From contig JAKALS010000002.1 of assembly GCA_021813145.1 (NCBI GenBank), positions 35,595-99,594 on the forward strand: a stretch of 64,000 bases of DNA, given 5' to 3'. The stretch comes from a bacterium. Its GTDB lineage: Bacteria; Patescibacteriota; Microgenomatia; Levybacterales; UBA12049. Within the stretch, counting starts at the first letter, position 1. The number at the start of each line of letters is the position of its first letter. This document shows, piece by piece, positions 33,578 to 43,749 of the stretch. Made by a program: the position numbers and the translations under genes. The notes beneath the pieces were generated by a model. That model made no database searches. It had not been told where the DNA came from and was given only the letters and a program-made list of their open reading frames with translations.

Positions 33578-33605
33578 TTAGCACTTAAATATATTAAAGT
33601 GCTAT
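33578..33605. promoter_or_regulatory. CIRCE-like inverted repeat (or post-tRNA hairpin)
   Basis: TTAGCACTT-N10-AAGTGCTAT versus CIRCE TTAGCACTC-N9-GAGTGCTAA. Confidence 0.35.
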
Positions 33606-33660
33606 ACCGGCGGGAAGACAAAATTTAAGACAAGGAGTATAATAAACTAATTAAATTTCT

Positions 33661-34371
33661 ATGAGAAGGTCAAGGCTTGCTCTCAAAACGGAGAAGAAGT
33701 CCAAGCAAACAATAATTCTTGCAGGTATAGGAATACTAATCATACTATTTTTGCTTGTCAAATTCGGAACAAGTGTACTTATAGGATTTAGTGTTTTTTT
33801 GGGGGGAACCAAGGCACAAACCGTTGACACTAATTCAAATTCTTCTGTGACTTTTATTCCTGCTCCCGTTTTAAATCCCCTTCCAAATGCAACAAACAGC
33901 GCTCAGGTTGTTGTTACAGGTAAAGCCCAAGCAGGTAAAACAGTTTATCTCTACATAAATAGCAGCCAACAGGATAGCACCCAAAGCGACAGCAACGGAA
34001 ATTTTAAATTTGTCGAGGCCCTGTCGGCCGGAAGCAACAATGTAGAGGCAAAAACAGTAGATGGCAGCAAAACCAGTGATTTTTCAAATTCGTATACAGT
34101 AAATTATATTAGCAAGGCTCCTTCCCTTACAGTCCTTACTCCTTCAGACGGGCAATCTTTTTCTAAAGACCAAAATACCGCAACAGTTACCGGAACAACC
34201 GATCCGGGTGTAAGCGTAACCGTTAACGGTTATTGGGCTGTTCTGGACGAAAACAATAATTTTTCTTATACTCTCCCTCTTCAAAATGGGGATAACCAGA
34301 TAAAAGTTATCGCAACCGACCAGGCAGGAAACAAAACGGAAAAAGACTTAAAGGTTACCTACTCTCAGTAA
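33661..34371 (+). CDS. Membrane-anchored protein with two bacterial Ig-like domains
   Basis: N-terminal TM; beta-rich modules VVVTGKA...GSNNVEAKTVD and TVTGTTDPG...GDNQIKVIATDQAGN. Confidence 0.75.
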   Translation: MRRSRLALKTEKKSKQTIILAGIGILIILFLLVKFGTSVLIGFSVFLGGTKAQTVDTNSNSSVTFIPAPVLNPLPNATNSAQVVVTGKAQAGKTVYLYINSSQQDSTQSDSNGNFKFVEALSAGSNNVEAKTVDGSKTSDFSNSYTVNYISKAPSLTVLTPSDGQSFSKDQNTATVTGTTDPGVSVTVNGYWAVLDENNNFSYTLPLQNGDNQIKVIATDQAGNKTEKDLKVTYSQ

Positions 34372-35554
34372 CTGCGGCAATTATCCAAACCCATTCGAGT
34401 ATATATACATAAAACAGGCTGTTTAAAAACAGACTGTCTACCAAAAGCCCGAAGAGCGAGGAAAAAAGTACAAGTGAATAAATATTATTCTTTTTATTGT
34501 TTTCGGCAAGCTTAAATATGGAATAAAGTAAATAAACATAAAAGACAAAACCTATTATTCCTGTTGTAGCCAGAACAAAAACAAAACTATTATCTGTTCC
34601 AGCTCCCGAATGTGTAATCATCCACTCCTTGTTATTAAGCCCGTATTTGTTTTGTGCGTATCTGTATGCATCAAAACCTACTCCGTAAACAGGATTTTTC
34701 TGGAATATCCTTAACGCCACATCCAGAGAGTTAATCCTCGCCTCACCCGAAGCCGTTCTCAAAAAATTTGTTCCTTCGGTCTTAAACGATTTAGGTAGAA
34801 AAAAAATAATTAAAATAAGAGCTAAAACAGAGACAAATATAAGCTTCTTTTTTCCTATTAAAAAAAGGAAAACTGCAACAGAAATAATAAGCATCAACAG
34901 TGCACTTCTGGAATAAGTAAGATATACGCCTAAAAGAATCGGCAAATCAAGAAAAATAAAGCCCAAGAATAAAAATTTCTTATTTTCTTTAAAAAACTTA
35001 AACCCAATACCAAGAACAAGAATAAAAAGAAGTACTAGGAAAGCTCCTAAAAAATCCGGATCAAGAAAACTGGAAAACATTCTGTAAAGATGTTCGTCCC
35101 AACCTAAATAATAGAGATTTCTAAGGCTAGGATATAAAAAGTATTGTATATATCCGCCGGCCAAAACAATAATTCCATCTAAAATCAGAAGATAGGGAAT
35201 TTTTTTTATAAACTTCGGGTCAAAGTCACCGATTATATAAAAAATCGAAAGATAAGCAACCCATCTTAATAAATAAAGGGAGGAAACAAAAAACTCGTTA
35301 AGTTTAAGGTTAAAAAAATTCAAAAGAAGAGCGATTAAGGCAAAACCGGTAAAAAAGACTGAAGGTTTTAAAAGATTTGTCCTTTTTATATTTCTGTCTC
35401 TAAATATTTTAAAAATTAGCCAGGATAATATCAAAAAGGCAAGCAGGAGTTCATTTGGGGTAAAAGCTATTCCGTTGGAAAACTGTATTCTTCCTAACTC
35501 GGCAAGCGGCAGGCTAAGCAGAAAAATAATAAATATAATCTTTAATAGACCCAT
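34355..35554 (-). CDS. O-antigen ligase/polymerase (Wzy_C-like) membrane protein
   Basis: About 12 TM, R.FSSFLDP, LTYSRSA, NPVYGVGF, DNSFVFVLATTGIIG. Confidence 0.8.
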   Translation of the reverse strand: MGLLKIIFIIFLLSLPLAELGRIQFSNGIAFTPNELLLAFLILSWLIFKIFRDRNIKRTNLLKPSVFFTGFALIALLLNFFNLKLNEFFVSSLYLLRWVAYLSIFYIIGDFDPKFIKKIPYLLILDGIIVLAGGYIQYFLYPSLRNLYYLGWDEHLYRMFSSFLDPDFLGAFLVLLFILVLGIGFKFFKENKKFLFLGFIFLDLPILLGVYLTYSRSALLMLIISVAVFLFLIGKKKLIFVSVLALILIIFFLPKSFKTEGTNFLRTASGEARINSLDVALRIFQKNPVYGVGFDAYRYAQNKYGLNNKEWMITHSGAGTDNSFVFVLATTGIIGFVFYVYLLYSIFKLAENNKKNNIYSLVLFSSLFGLLVDSLFLNSLFYVYILEWVWIIAAVTESR

Positions 35555-37149
35555 TCTTTTCCTCCGTCTTTGTATAGTTTAACATGTGTGACAGGGTTTA
35601 CATAAACCAAAACCCAAGAATTAAATTTGGAAGGCAGTACTGTATTTTGAGTAGCTATGTAATTGAACTTGTCCCCTTTTCTAACCCAGGTCGAGTCCGT
35701 AAACGGAAAGTCCACGTAATAAAGATTATGGAATCCGTATAAAAGGACATTATCGGATTTTTTTATATGGGAAGCAAAATAACCGTCCGTATCATAGAAA
35801 TCTCCATAGGAAAAGTTTAGGTGTGCTGTAAGATATGATGATTTACTTTCTTTTCCTAAAATTACCGGGATAAATCTTTTATTAGCCATAAACCTGTATC
35901 CGACAGAAGAAAAAAATATGATAAAGATAACAAAAACAAGAAACCATTTTAAATTTTTATTTTTGATAAAAAAGACCGCATAAACTGAAATAAACGAGAA
36001 AGCAGGAAGATATGGAAGGATAAATCTTCCTCCTCCGACTCTTGGTGTAATGTACCAGAAAAAAAGAGCAAGAAGCGAATAGGCAAAAATTATCTTTATA
36101 CGTTTTCCCGTTTTAAAAATAATTAGAAGGACCAAAGGAACCGAAATCAAATAAAATGGAGAAATCGGATCACTCGAGAATAAAAAAAGATTAATAATAT
36201 CCTTTGGAAAATTCAGAACATCCGGAATAGAAAAGTTTGTGCCTGTATTAACACTGTTGTCAAAAAAGGGGTAGAGAGGATTTCCCGTATTAATAAAAGA
36301 AAATATAAACCATGGAAGAGGCACGGCAAGCGAGAAAAAAATAAACAGGAAAGAATTCTTTAAGAAAATAAACAGCCTTATCTTTTCTTTTAAGGCTATT
36401 ATAAAAAGTAGTATTAAGAATATTAAAAGAGATTCGAGGGCAAGGACTTTGGCAGAAACGGCAAAACCAAGCATCAAGGCAGATAAAATAAGTTTCTTCG
36501 AATTTTTTTGCTCCAACCACTCTATAAAGCCGAAAAGAGCGGTTAACTCAAAAAAAGTCCTTGATAAATCGATGTAGGCAGATATCGTTTCCCATCCGAC
36601 CACCAAGTTTGAATAAAATACTAAAAGAACAAGTAACGAAAAATTCCGTGGGAGGAATTTTCTTGATAATCTATAAAGAACAAAAAGTACAAGGATTCCG
36701 AATATAAAATGGGTAAATTTAGCCAGGGTTGAATTTCCAAACATCAAAGCAGGGACATAAATCATTTCCGTTAGTTTTGGCATATCGGAGTAGTAAAGAA
36801 GATTTCCCGGAATATTAAATATAGAATGGTATGTTATGTAAATTTTAGGAAGAGTAAGATGATACCATAAAGCGTCAAATCCTATTTCTGGACCCAAAAC
36901 GCCGATAAAATTTACAATAATCTGGACAATAAGAAAAAAAATTAAAATCAGAGAAAATTTATCTCTTAAATAGAATGTTTTTTTAAGATTTTTTAAAAAA
37001 ACGGTCAGCTTATCTCTAAAAAGAATAACTCCGATAATAAAATATAAAGAAGAAAGTGCGAAAACAACATTTTTATATAATAATCCGGATATCCCGAGAA
37101 AGAAAATAAGATACGAATATAAACCTATCAAAATTGCCAATGCAAACAT
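35542..37149 (-). CDS. GT-C fold integral membrane glycosyltransferase
   Basis: Multi-TM, FDALWYHLTLPK loop, AYIDL, TGNPLYPF, RFILP; SD GGGGAGG before ATG 37149. Confidence 0.7.
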   Translation of the reverse strand: MFALAILIGLYSYLIFFLGISGLLYKNVVFALSSLYFIIGVILFRDKLTVFLKNLKKTFYLRDKFSLILIFFLIVQIIVNFIGVLGPEIGFDALWYHLTLPKIYITYHSIFNIPGNLLYYSDMPKLTEMIYVPALMFGNSTLAKFTHFIFGILVLFVLYRLSRKFLPRNFSLLVLLVFYSNLVVGWETISAYIDLSRTFFELTALFGFIEWLEQKNSKKLILSALMLGFAVSAKVLALESLLIFLILLFIIALKEKIRLFIFLKNSFLFIFFSLAVPLPWFIFSFINTGNPLYPFFDNSVNTGTNFSIPDVLNFPKDIINLFLFSSDPISPFYLISVPLVLLIIFKTGKRIKIIFAYSLLALFFWYITPRVGGGRFILPYLPAFSFISVYAVFFIKNKNLKWFLVFVIFIIFFSSVGYRFMANKRFIPVILGKESKSSYLTAHLNFSYGDFYDTDGYFASHIKKSDNVLLYGFHNLYYVDFPFTDSTWVRKGDKFNYIATQNTVLPSKFNSWVLVYVNPVTHVKLYKDGGKEWVY

Positions 37150-37241
37150 ATACCTCCCCTGCAAAGAATATAATTAAGATAAAAAGCCAATATAACTAAA
37201 GACCAGATAATAAAGATAAAAGCAGCTATTTTTTTTGCCAT
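37128..37241 (-). CDS. Small single-TM peptide (37 aa) bridging two glycan genes
   Basis: MAKKIAAFIFIIWSLVILAFYLNYILCRGGICLHWQF*; overlaps the upstream GT2 stop and the downstream start. Confidence 0.4.
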   Translation of the reverse strand: MAKKIAAFIFIIWSLVILAFYLNYILCRGGICLHWQF

Positions 37242-37978
37242 AGGAGCCAAAGTTTTCCCCTTACGAGAAAGGAATGAAGACTCATCATAATTGCAAAGAC
37301 CAATCCTTCCACTCCGTCGAGAAAGCCAAGTTTAAGTATAAAATTAAGCTTAAATTTCGCAAGAGGATATACAACTATTTGCCAGGGCTTAACGGTTACC
37401 CCTTTTTCATGAAGTTCCCGTGCCCTTAAGTCGGTATATCCGTTTATTTCTCTTAAAAATTCCTCTATTGTAGGATGCGGGTAATGATAAAGAAAATTTT
37501 TTAAATTTCCCTTACCCCCTTCCATATTCCATACTTCATGAACTTTACCGCTCCACTTTCCCTTATTTTTTCTTCCGAGCCTTAATAGCCTTATGTTTCC
37601 GGTTTCTCCATGCTTTAAATTTTTTCCCCAAATAACATCTTCCCTTTTTATATAAAACCCGTTCTCTTTTATGTTTTTGTCCTCCAAAAGATCCTGAATC
37701 TCTCCTTTTAAAGAATTACTTAATCTCTCATCCGCATCTATAAACAGTACCCAGTCATTTCTTGATTTTGTAAGTCCGAAATTTCTTTGGGAGGAAAAAT
37801 CATTTTCAAGTCTTCTTTGAAAAACTTTAACTCTGGGGCCATAGTTTCTTACCACCTCAAGTGTCCTGTCTGTAGAAAAATCATCCACTATTAGTATCTC
37901 ATCGCACCACGAAACACTATCAAGGCAATCCACAATATTGTTTTCTTCGTTTTTTGTAAGAATAACTGCGCTTATCAT
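37226..37978 (-). CDS. Glycosyltransferase family 2 (WaaE/KdtX-like)
   Basis: ISAVILTKNEE, VDDFSTDRT, QRNFGL, IDADE, VHE, GFLDG. Confidence 0.88.
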   Translation of the reverse strand: MISAVILTKNEENNIVDCLDSVSWCDEILIVDDFSTDRTLEVVRNYGPRVKVFQRRLENDFSSQRNFGLTKSRNDWVLFIDADERLSNSLKGEIQDLLEDKNIKENGFYIKREDVIWGKNLKHGETGNIRLLRLGRKNKGKWSGKVHEVWNMEGGKGNLKNFLYHYPHPTIEEFLREINGYTDLRARELHEKGVTVKPWQIVVYPLAKFKLNFILKLGFLDGVEGLVFAIMMSLHSFLVRGKLWLLWQKK

Positions 37979-40155
37979 GGCTTATAAACTCTTATTCCGT
38001 TTTTTGTCTCCCAAACTACTATCTTTGTGTTTGCATCTTTCCGGGAGGGAGGGTGTCCTCCATACCAGAGTAGATATTCGTAGTTCATTGTAAAACTTAC
38101 GAATTGGCTCCCCTCTCCCCTTCCGATTAGATTGTACTCCTTATTTCCGGCCAAGGAAATTATCTTATTGACGGCTTGTTGTCTTTTTTCAAGGTCCGGA
38201 ACTTTATCGTTATTATAGGAAGAATAAATATTTAAAATAGCAATAATAATTAGTGCTGCCAAAACCGGATATTTTAGATTATTGAATTTTAATATAAATT
38301 CAAAAAGTAAAGAGACCGAATAAATAATCAGGGGAAAAAGTATAAAAAGATAGGCGTCAGAAGGAGTCTGATTTGCAAGTATACCCGCAAAAGAAAATAA
38401 CAGAAGTATAAACAATACAAATTTTGCTTCTTCTATCTTAAAATTATTTTTAGCATTCAGATAAATTAAATACGCAGAGGAAAGGATAAACAATAGCAAA
38501 GAAATCAAAAAGTTGGATTGTAATACGAGTTTTTGAATATTCTGACCCAAGAAAACTAAAACACGGTATAAGTTCCCGGTAAAACTTCCGGAACTATGTT
38601 TAATTAAAAAGCTGAAAGGTTTATATACTGTCCATCCCAAAAATATTATGGTCTGGGTAAAACCGTGTGTCGAATCATAAACAATAATCGGGAACATCGG
38701 GACAATAACCGCAAGCGCGGAATAAATCAAAATTCTTGAGTTTTTTAATCCCGTCAACCATTGTTTCTTTTTTATTAAACCATATAGAAAAATTAGCAGA
38801 AACGGGAAAAACAGAATGAATGTGGAGAGTTCAAGATTATATAATACGGCTATTAAAAATAGTATTAATGGAAAATATTTAATATTACCTTTAATCCATT
38901 TATAAATAGCAAGGATGTACAAAATTGTGAAAAGAGGAATCGGAGTCGGATCAAAAGGCATTCTGTCGTAAAAAACAATCAGAGGGGAAAATGCATAAAG
39001 AAAAGCGCTTATTAATCCAACTTTTTTAGAAAATATATTTGCTCCGACAAGGTATATGGCTAAAATTGAAAGTAATCCTGTAAATATCGTAATATAAGCT
39101 CCCGAAAGAGGATTAAACTTAAAAATCAGAAATCCTAATGCAAGCATGTAAGTCCACAAAGGCCCCTGATGAAGCCATGTGTGACTGGAAGTAATACCGA
39201 CAAGGGGGATAATTCCCTTTATTAATAAATCTCTTGCCGATAAATAAAACCACCCCTGGTCGCCTATAAAAATCATTCCGTTTGAAAGGTTATAAAGCCT
39301 TAAGGCCAAAGCCGAAACCAAAAGAGCCAAAATAAAGAGCGATGTTTTATTAATTTTTAAAATGAGTTCCAGGCTTAATGCCTGCAGTATTCCAAAATAT
39401 TTTTTAAAATAAAGATATCTGCTTTTCTCAAAATACTTATCCCTTTCCTTAAGCTGATTTGTGCTTTGGGCAACCCGGTGGATAATTTTTGAGGCCGAGT
39501 CTATATAGAGTTTGTATCCAATTTTTCTGACCCGTTTTGATAAGTCATTCTCTTCAAAGTATAAAAAGAACTCTTCGTCAAATCTCCCAACTTCATGAAA
39601 AATTCCCGAAGGAATCATTAATGCGGCACCGTAAACAGTTTCCACTTCTTTAACCGGTTGTTTTTTCCAATCATCCAGGGAATAATATTCTGCAACACTG
39701 AACTTTCTAAAACTTTTCCTCAGAAAAGAAAAGGTAAAAAAAGCATTTATAAAGTTAAGCTCCTTATATCCCTGTCTGTCTAAAGGTTTGTTATCAGATC
39801 CAACAATAAGTGGAGAAACTATTCCCGCCTCTTTATGCTGTTTTAAAAAATCATATAATTCGTCAATAGCACCGTTTGTAACTTGAGTATCCGGATTAAG
39901 GAAAAACAAAATTTCTCCCTTTGCGTTTTTTGCACCCAGGTTGTTTCCCCCACCGTATCCTAAATTCTTTGTGCTTTTTATATAACTTAACTTAGGAAAT
40001 TGTTTCTTTAGGTCTTTTCCTATTGTTTTTACTTCATCGTTATCAACGACTATTATTTCAAACGGGGTCTTGGGTTTTGACGCATAAATAGATTTTAAAC
40101 ACTCAAATAGTTTTTCCTTTACTTTATAATGGACAATAATTATAGAGATCTTCAT
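37975..40155 (-). CDS. Fusion: GT2 domain + GT-C (ArnT/PMT-like) membrane domain
   Basis: N-terminal ISIIIVHY, NLGYGGGNN, LNPD, FDEEFFLYFEEND; C-terminal LRLYNL..FIGDQG, HQGPLW and many TMs. Confidence 0.8.
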   Translation of the reverse strand: MKISIIIVHYKVKEKLFECLKSIYASKPKTPFEIIVVDNDEVKTIGKDLKKQFPKLSYIKSTKNLGYGGGNNLGAKNAKGEILFFLNPDTQVTNGAIDELYDFLKQHKEAGIVSPLIVGSDNKPLDRQGYKELNFINAFFTFSFLRKSFRKFSVAEYYSLDDWKKQPVKEVETVYGAALMIPSGIFHEVGRFDEEFFLYFEENDLSKRVRKIGYKLYIDSASKIIHRVAQSTNQLKERDKYFEKSRYLYFKKYFGILQALSLELILKINKTSLFILALLVSALALRLYNLSNGMIFIGDQGWFYLSARDLLIKGIIPLVGITSSHTWLHQGPLWTYMLALGFLIFKFNPLSGAYITIFTGLLSILAIYLVGANIFSKKVGLISAFLYAFSPLIVFYDRMPFDPTPIPLFTILYILAIYKWIKGNIKYFPLILFLIAVLYNLELSTFILFFPFLLIFLYGLIKKKQWLTGLKNSRILIYSALAVIVPMFPIIVYDSTHGFTQTIIFLGWTVYKPFSFLIKHSSGSFTGNLYRVLVFLGQNIQKLVLQSNFLISLLLFILSSAYLIYLNAKNNFKIEEAKFVLFILLLFSFAGILANQTPSDAYLFILFPLIIYSVSLLFEFILKFNNLKYPVLAALIIIAILNIYSSYNNDKVPDLEKRQQAVNKIISLAGNKEYNLIGRGEGSQFVSFTMNYEYLLWYGGHPPSRKDANTKIVVWETKNGIRVYKP

Positions 40156-41249
40156 TTTAATTTGCCTAAAATAAAATCTTCCAGCTCTTTACCCCTTTTT
40201 TCCCAGCTCCAGTTGTCTTGAACATATATTGAGGCATTTTTACCCATTTTTCTAAGAGTATCTGGATTATTTAAAAGTTCATCTAGGTTTCTTGCAAAAA
40301 GCTTTGGGTCTCTTTTTAGAACGTATCCAGTTTTATTATTGATAACTGTCTCCGGGTGCGCCCCTTCGTTTACTGCAATAACGGCAGCACCGCAAGCCAT
40401 TGCCTCAAGTGGAACTAATCCGAGCGGCTCTCTGTAAGCTGGCGCTACTAAAACTTTTGTTCTTTGATAAACATCCAAAAGTTGTTTATCGTTTAACCAT
40501 TCATTTTCAAAAATAATAATTCTTGTTTTCGGTTTAGACTTCATGTTCTTTATAACTTCCTCAAAAAATGGATAACCATCCAGAAAATCATAAGAGCCTA
40601 TAAATAATAAATCTATGTTTTTATCTGTATAACGAGGCACAAAAAATTTTGTATCAACTCCATAATATACAACATCTCCTTTTCTTCCGTATGCTCGGTA
40701 AAATTCTCTCTCGCAAAAACTAGAAATTGAAATAATATAACTTGCTTTACTTATATTCCATTTGTCCAAATATTTTCTAACAAATCTATTAACGCCCTCG
40801 TACTTCACTTTATACCATTCAAGGCCATCTCGCTTAAATAAATCCGGCTCATAAATAATCCTGTAATATGGATCATTACAATAAAAAAATGTGGGAAGTT
40901 TTAAAAATTGCAATACAAAAGGAGATTCAATAAAAAAAGATGCAGCTATGTAAGCAGCGTTATACTTTCTTTTTTCTATGTCTGCAGCTATTTTCTTGTC
41001 TAATAAATATAACCTAAAAAGCTCTATGCTATCTTTATACAGTCTTGTTTTCCAATCATGTCCCTTCCATTTTTTTGGTTTAAATTTATATAAAAATATA
41101 TTGCTATAAATTTTTTTTTCTTCCTCTTGCAATTTCCCAATAGTATATAAATCCACCTCATGACCTCTCATTTTGAGCTGCCTTGCAAATTCATTCGTAC
41201 CTCTTCTTGCACCACCTTTATGAAGCTGATGATAAAAAGCTATTCTCAT
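40152..41249 (-). CDS. Glycosyltransferase family 4 (GT-B)
   Basis: GGA N-terminal loop, YYGVD, EPLGLVPLEAMACG. Confidence 0.88.
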   Translation of the reverse strand: MRIAFYHQLHKGGARRGTNEFARQLKMRGHEVDLYTIGKLQEEEKKIYSNIFLYKFKPKKWKGHDWKTRLYKDSIELFRLYLLDKKIAADIEKRKYNAAYIAASFFIESPFVLQFLKLPTFFYCNDPYYRIIYEPDLFKRDGLEWYKVKYEGVNRFVRKYLDKWNISKASYIISISSFCEREFYRAYGRKGDVVYYGVDTKFFVPRYTDKNIDLLFIGSYDFLDGYPFFEEVIKNMKSKPKTRIIIFENEWLNDKQLLDVYQRTKVLVAPAYREPLGLVPLEAMACGAAVIAVNEGAHPETVINNKTGYVLKRDPKLFARNLDELLNNPDTLRKMGKNASIYVQDNWSWEKRGKELEDFILGKLK

Positions 41250-41251
41250 AA

Positions 41252-42475
41252 TTATCTCCCCTTGCTTATCTTGTAAATAAAATAGAGAATTATCGGAAAT
41301 TCCGTCAAAGATGATAGCAGGGCGGAATATCCTGCTCCTACCATCCCAAAATAGATAACCAATGGATAAATTGTAATAATTAGGGTTATAAATCTTACAA
41401 AAATCATAAAAGTAACATATCTTTGTTTTTCTAGTGCCAAAAACATGGCAGAAGATGGACCCATTGCCGCTCTTATTATTCCATATATAGAAAGAACTCT
41501 TAAGACAGGAGCTGCACTAACCCATTGTTGGCCCAAAATTACAGTTATTACTTCTTTTGGGAACAAAAATATAATCCCGCCTGCAATTATTGTTAGGAAC
41601 GATATTACCCCGGTACTCTTCCAGAATGCAGAAATAAGCCGTTTTTTATCTTGATCTATTTTTGAAAAAACCGGAAAAATAACAATATTAGCTACATCCG
41701 AGATCTCTGAAATAGGGATATAAGAGACTTTATAAGCCATCTGGTAAAGACCCAAGGTTGTAGCACCAAGAACTTTTCCGACAACAATGTTGTCTCCATT
41801 CTCGCTAAAGTAATTGAAAATACCGTAGGCAGTAACCCATTTACCCTTATGGAATATCTCCTTAAGATAATTGTTATTGAATTTTAATTTAGGCAAGGGT
41901 TTTACGACTGTAAAGGACAATATTACTTCTAAAATTGAACCTGCAAGAAGGCCAAAGGCTAAACTATAAACGGAATGTGTAATTAAAGCTGCTATTATTG
42001 CAACTGCCGCATCTGTAAAATAAAGTGTGGTTCTAAACAAAAATTCGTAATTAAATGTCAAATTTTTTTGAAATCTTACTTCGGCAGGATTAATAAAACC
42101 TTTTATCAATGGCGACAATCCGATCAGCAAAATTATATTCAAGGATGCAGGAGTGTTAAAAAAAGAAGCTACAAAAGGCGCCGAAAGCAATATTATCAGG
42201 AAAATAAAAGCTCCTCTCAGAATCGAAAGTATCCACGCCGAATCTAGATATTCCTCTATTTGTTTCTGACTTTGTATTAAAACAACATTAAGACCTGTTT
42301 CTGTTAGAATCTGCAAAAAAGAAAGTAATAAAGTTGCTATTCCGAAGATACCGAATTCCGCTGGAGTGAGTAACCGTGCTAAAACCGCTATCTTTACAAA
42401 TGTTAAAGCCCTATTGGTCATACGCAAACCTGACATCCAGGAAACACCTTTTATAGCGCTTTTCGTATAACCCAT
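41252..42475 (-). CDS. wzx: Wzx-type polysaccharide flippase (WzxC-like)
   Basis: LARLLTPAEFG, DNIVVGKVLGATTLGLYQMAY, about 12 TM; ATG 42475. Confidence 0.85.
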   Translation of the reverse strand: MGYTKSAIKGVSWMSGLRMTNRALTFVKIAVLARLLTPAEFGIFGIATLLLSFLQILTETGLNVVLIQSQKQIEEYLDSAWILSILRGAFIFLIILLSAPFVASFFNTPASLNIILLIGLSPLIKGFINPAEVRFQKNLTFNYEFLFRTTLYFTDAAVAIIAALITHSVYSLAFGLLAGSILEVILSFTVVKPLPKLKFNNNYLKEIFHKGKWVTAYGIFNYFSENGDNIVVGKVLGATTLGLYQMAYKVSYIPISEISDVANIVIFPVFSKIDQDKKRLISAFWKSTGVISFLTIIAGGIIFLFPKEVITVILGQQWVSAAPVLRVLSIYGIIRAAMGPSSAMFLALEKQRYVTFMIFVRFITLIITIYPLVIYFGMVGAGYSALLSSLTEFPIILYFIYKISKGR

Positions 42476-42534
42476 ATTTAGTATTGAAATTATACCAGTT
42501 TTACCCATATAATACACTAAATTCTGCCCTCTGT

Positions 42535-43749
42535 ATGAAAATTAAAAAGTGCAGGTCTTGCGGCTCCAAGAACCTTATAAATATTCTGTCTTTAGGCAAT
42601 CAATATCTTTCGGATTTTGTAAAAATCAATAGAAAACCAAAATCTTTTCCTCTTAACATGATTCTTTGCAAAGATTGTTTTCTGGTCCAGCTCGACTACT
42701 CGGCTCCTCAAAAATATTTGTATACCGAAAGATACGGCTATAAATCAGGAATTAACCAAACAATGCAGAATGAGCTAAAAGAAATTGCCCAAAAATCCTT
42801 AAAACTTGCGGGAAAATCAAAAGATAAAATAATCGCAGTAGATATTGGCGCTAACGATGGAACTCTTTTAAAAAATTATCCGTTGAGTGTCTACAGAATT
42901 GCCGTAGAACCCATAAGAAAATTTGCAAAAGAAGCAAAAAAATCTTCCGATAAAGTTGTCAACGATTTTTTCACCTACGAATCTTTCAACAAAAATATAA
43001 AGAATAAAAAAGCAGACATTGTTACCGTTATTTCTTGTTTTTACGATATGGAAGAACCGAATAAATTTATCTCGGATGTAAAAAAAATTATGAAAGAAGA
43101 CGGAATATGCGTAATACAGCAAAACTATCTGGTAAGTATGTTAAAACAGAATGCCTTCGATAACATAGTACATGAACATCTGGAATACTACACCCTTCTT
43201 TCCCTTAATAATCTTTTAGAAAAACACGGGCTTGAAGTTTTTGACGTAGAAGAAAGAGAATTAAACGGGGGAAGCTTCAGGACATATATTGCTGTTAAGG
43301 GGAATAGAAAAATTTCCAAAAGTGTTTTAAAAATGCAAAAAGTAGAGGAAAAATTAGGCCTGAACAAAAAAGCTGTTTACCTGGAGTTTGCCAAAAGAAT
43401 TAAAGATAACAAGAAAAAGATTTATGAATTTATCAAAAAACAAAATGAAAAAGGAAAAACTGTTTATCTTTACGGTGCCTCAACGAGAGGCAATACTCTC
43501 TTACAGTATTTCGGCCTAGATAGACAATTTATAAAAAAAGCGGTGGAAAGAAATCCTGAGAAATGGGGAAAGATAATAGCCTCTGTCGGAATTCCTATAA
43601 TTTCCGAAGAGGAAGCAAGAAAAGACAAACCAGATTATATGCTGGTGTTGCCCTGGTTTTTTAAAGAGGAATTCTTAAAAAGGGAAAAGAAATATCTGGA
43701 CAACGGAGGACATTTCATATTCCCCCTTCCTAAACTTAAGGTAGTTTAA
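42535..43749 (+). CDS. NDP-sugar C-methyltransferase (class I SAM, zinc-binding N-terminus)
   Basis: CRSCG...CKDC.LVQL, DIGANDG, FDNIVHEH, GGSFR, YGASTRGNTLL, PDYMLVLPW. Confidence 0.85.
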   Translation: MKIKKCRSCGSKNLINILSLGNQYLSDFVKINRKPKSFPLNMILCKDCFLVQLDYSAPQKYLYTERYGYKSGINQTMQNELKEIAQKSLKLAGKSKDKIIAVDIGANDGTLLKNYPLSVYRIAVEPIRKFAKEAKKSSDKVVNDFFTYESFNKNIKNKKADIVTVISCFYDMEEPNKFISDVKKIMKEDGICVIQQNYLVSMLKQNAFDNIVHEHLEYYTLLSLNNLLEKHGLEVFDVEERELNGGSFRTYIAVKGNRKISKSVLKMQKVEEKLGLNKKAVYLEFAKRIKDNKKKIYEFIKKQNEKGKTVYLYGASTRGNTLLQYFGLDRQFIKKAVERNPEKWGKIIASVGIPIISEEEARKDKPDYMLVLPWFFKEEFLKREKKYLDNGGHFIFPLPKLKVV

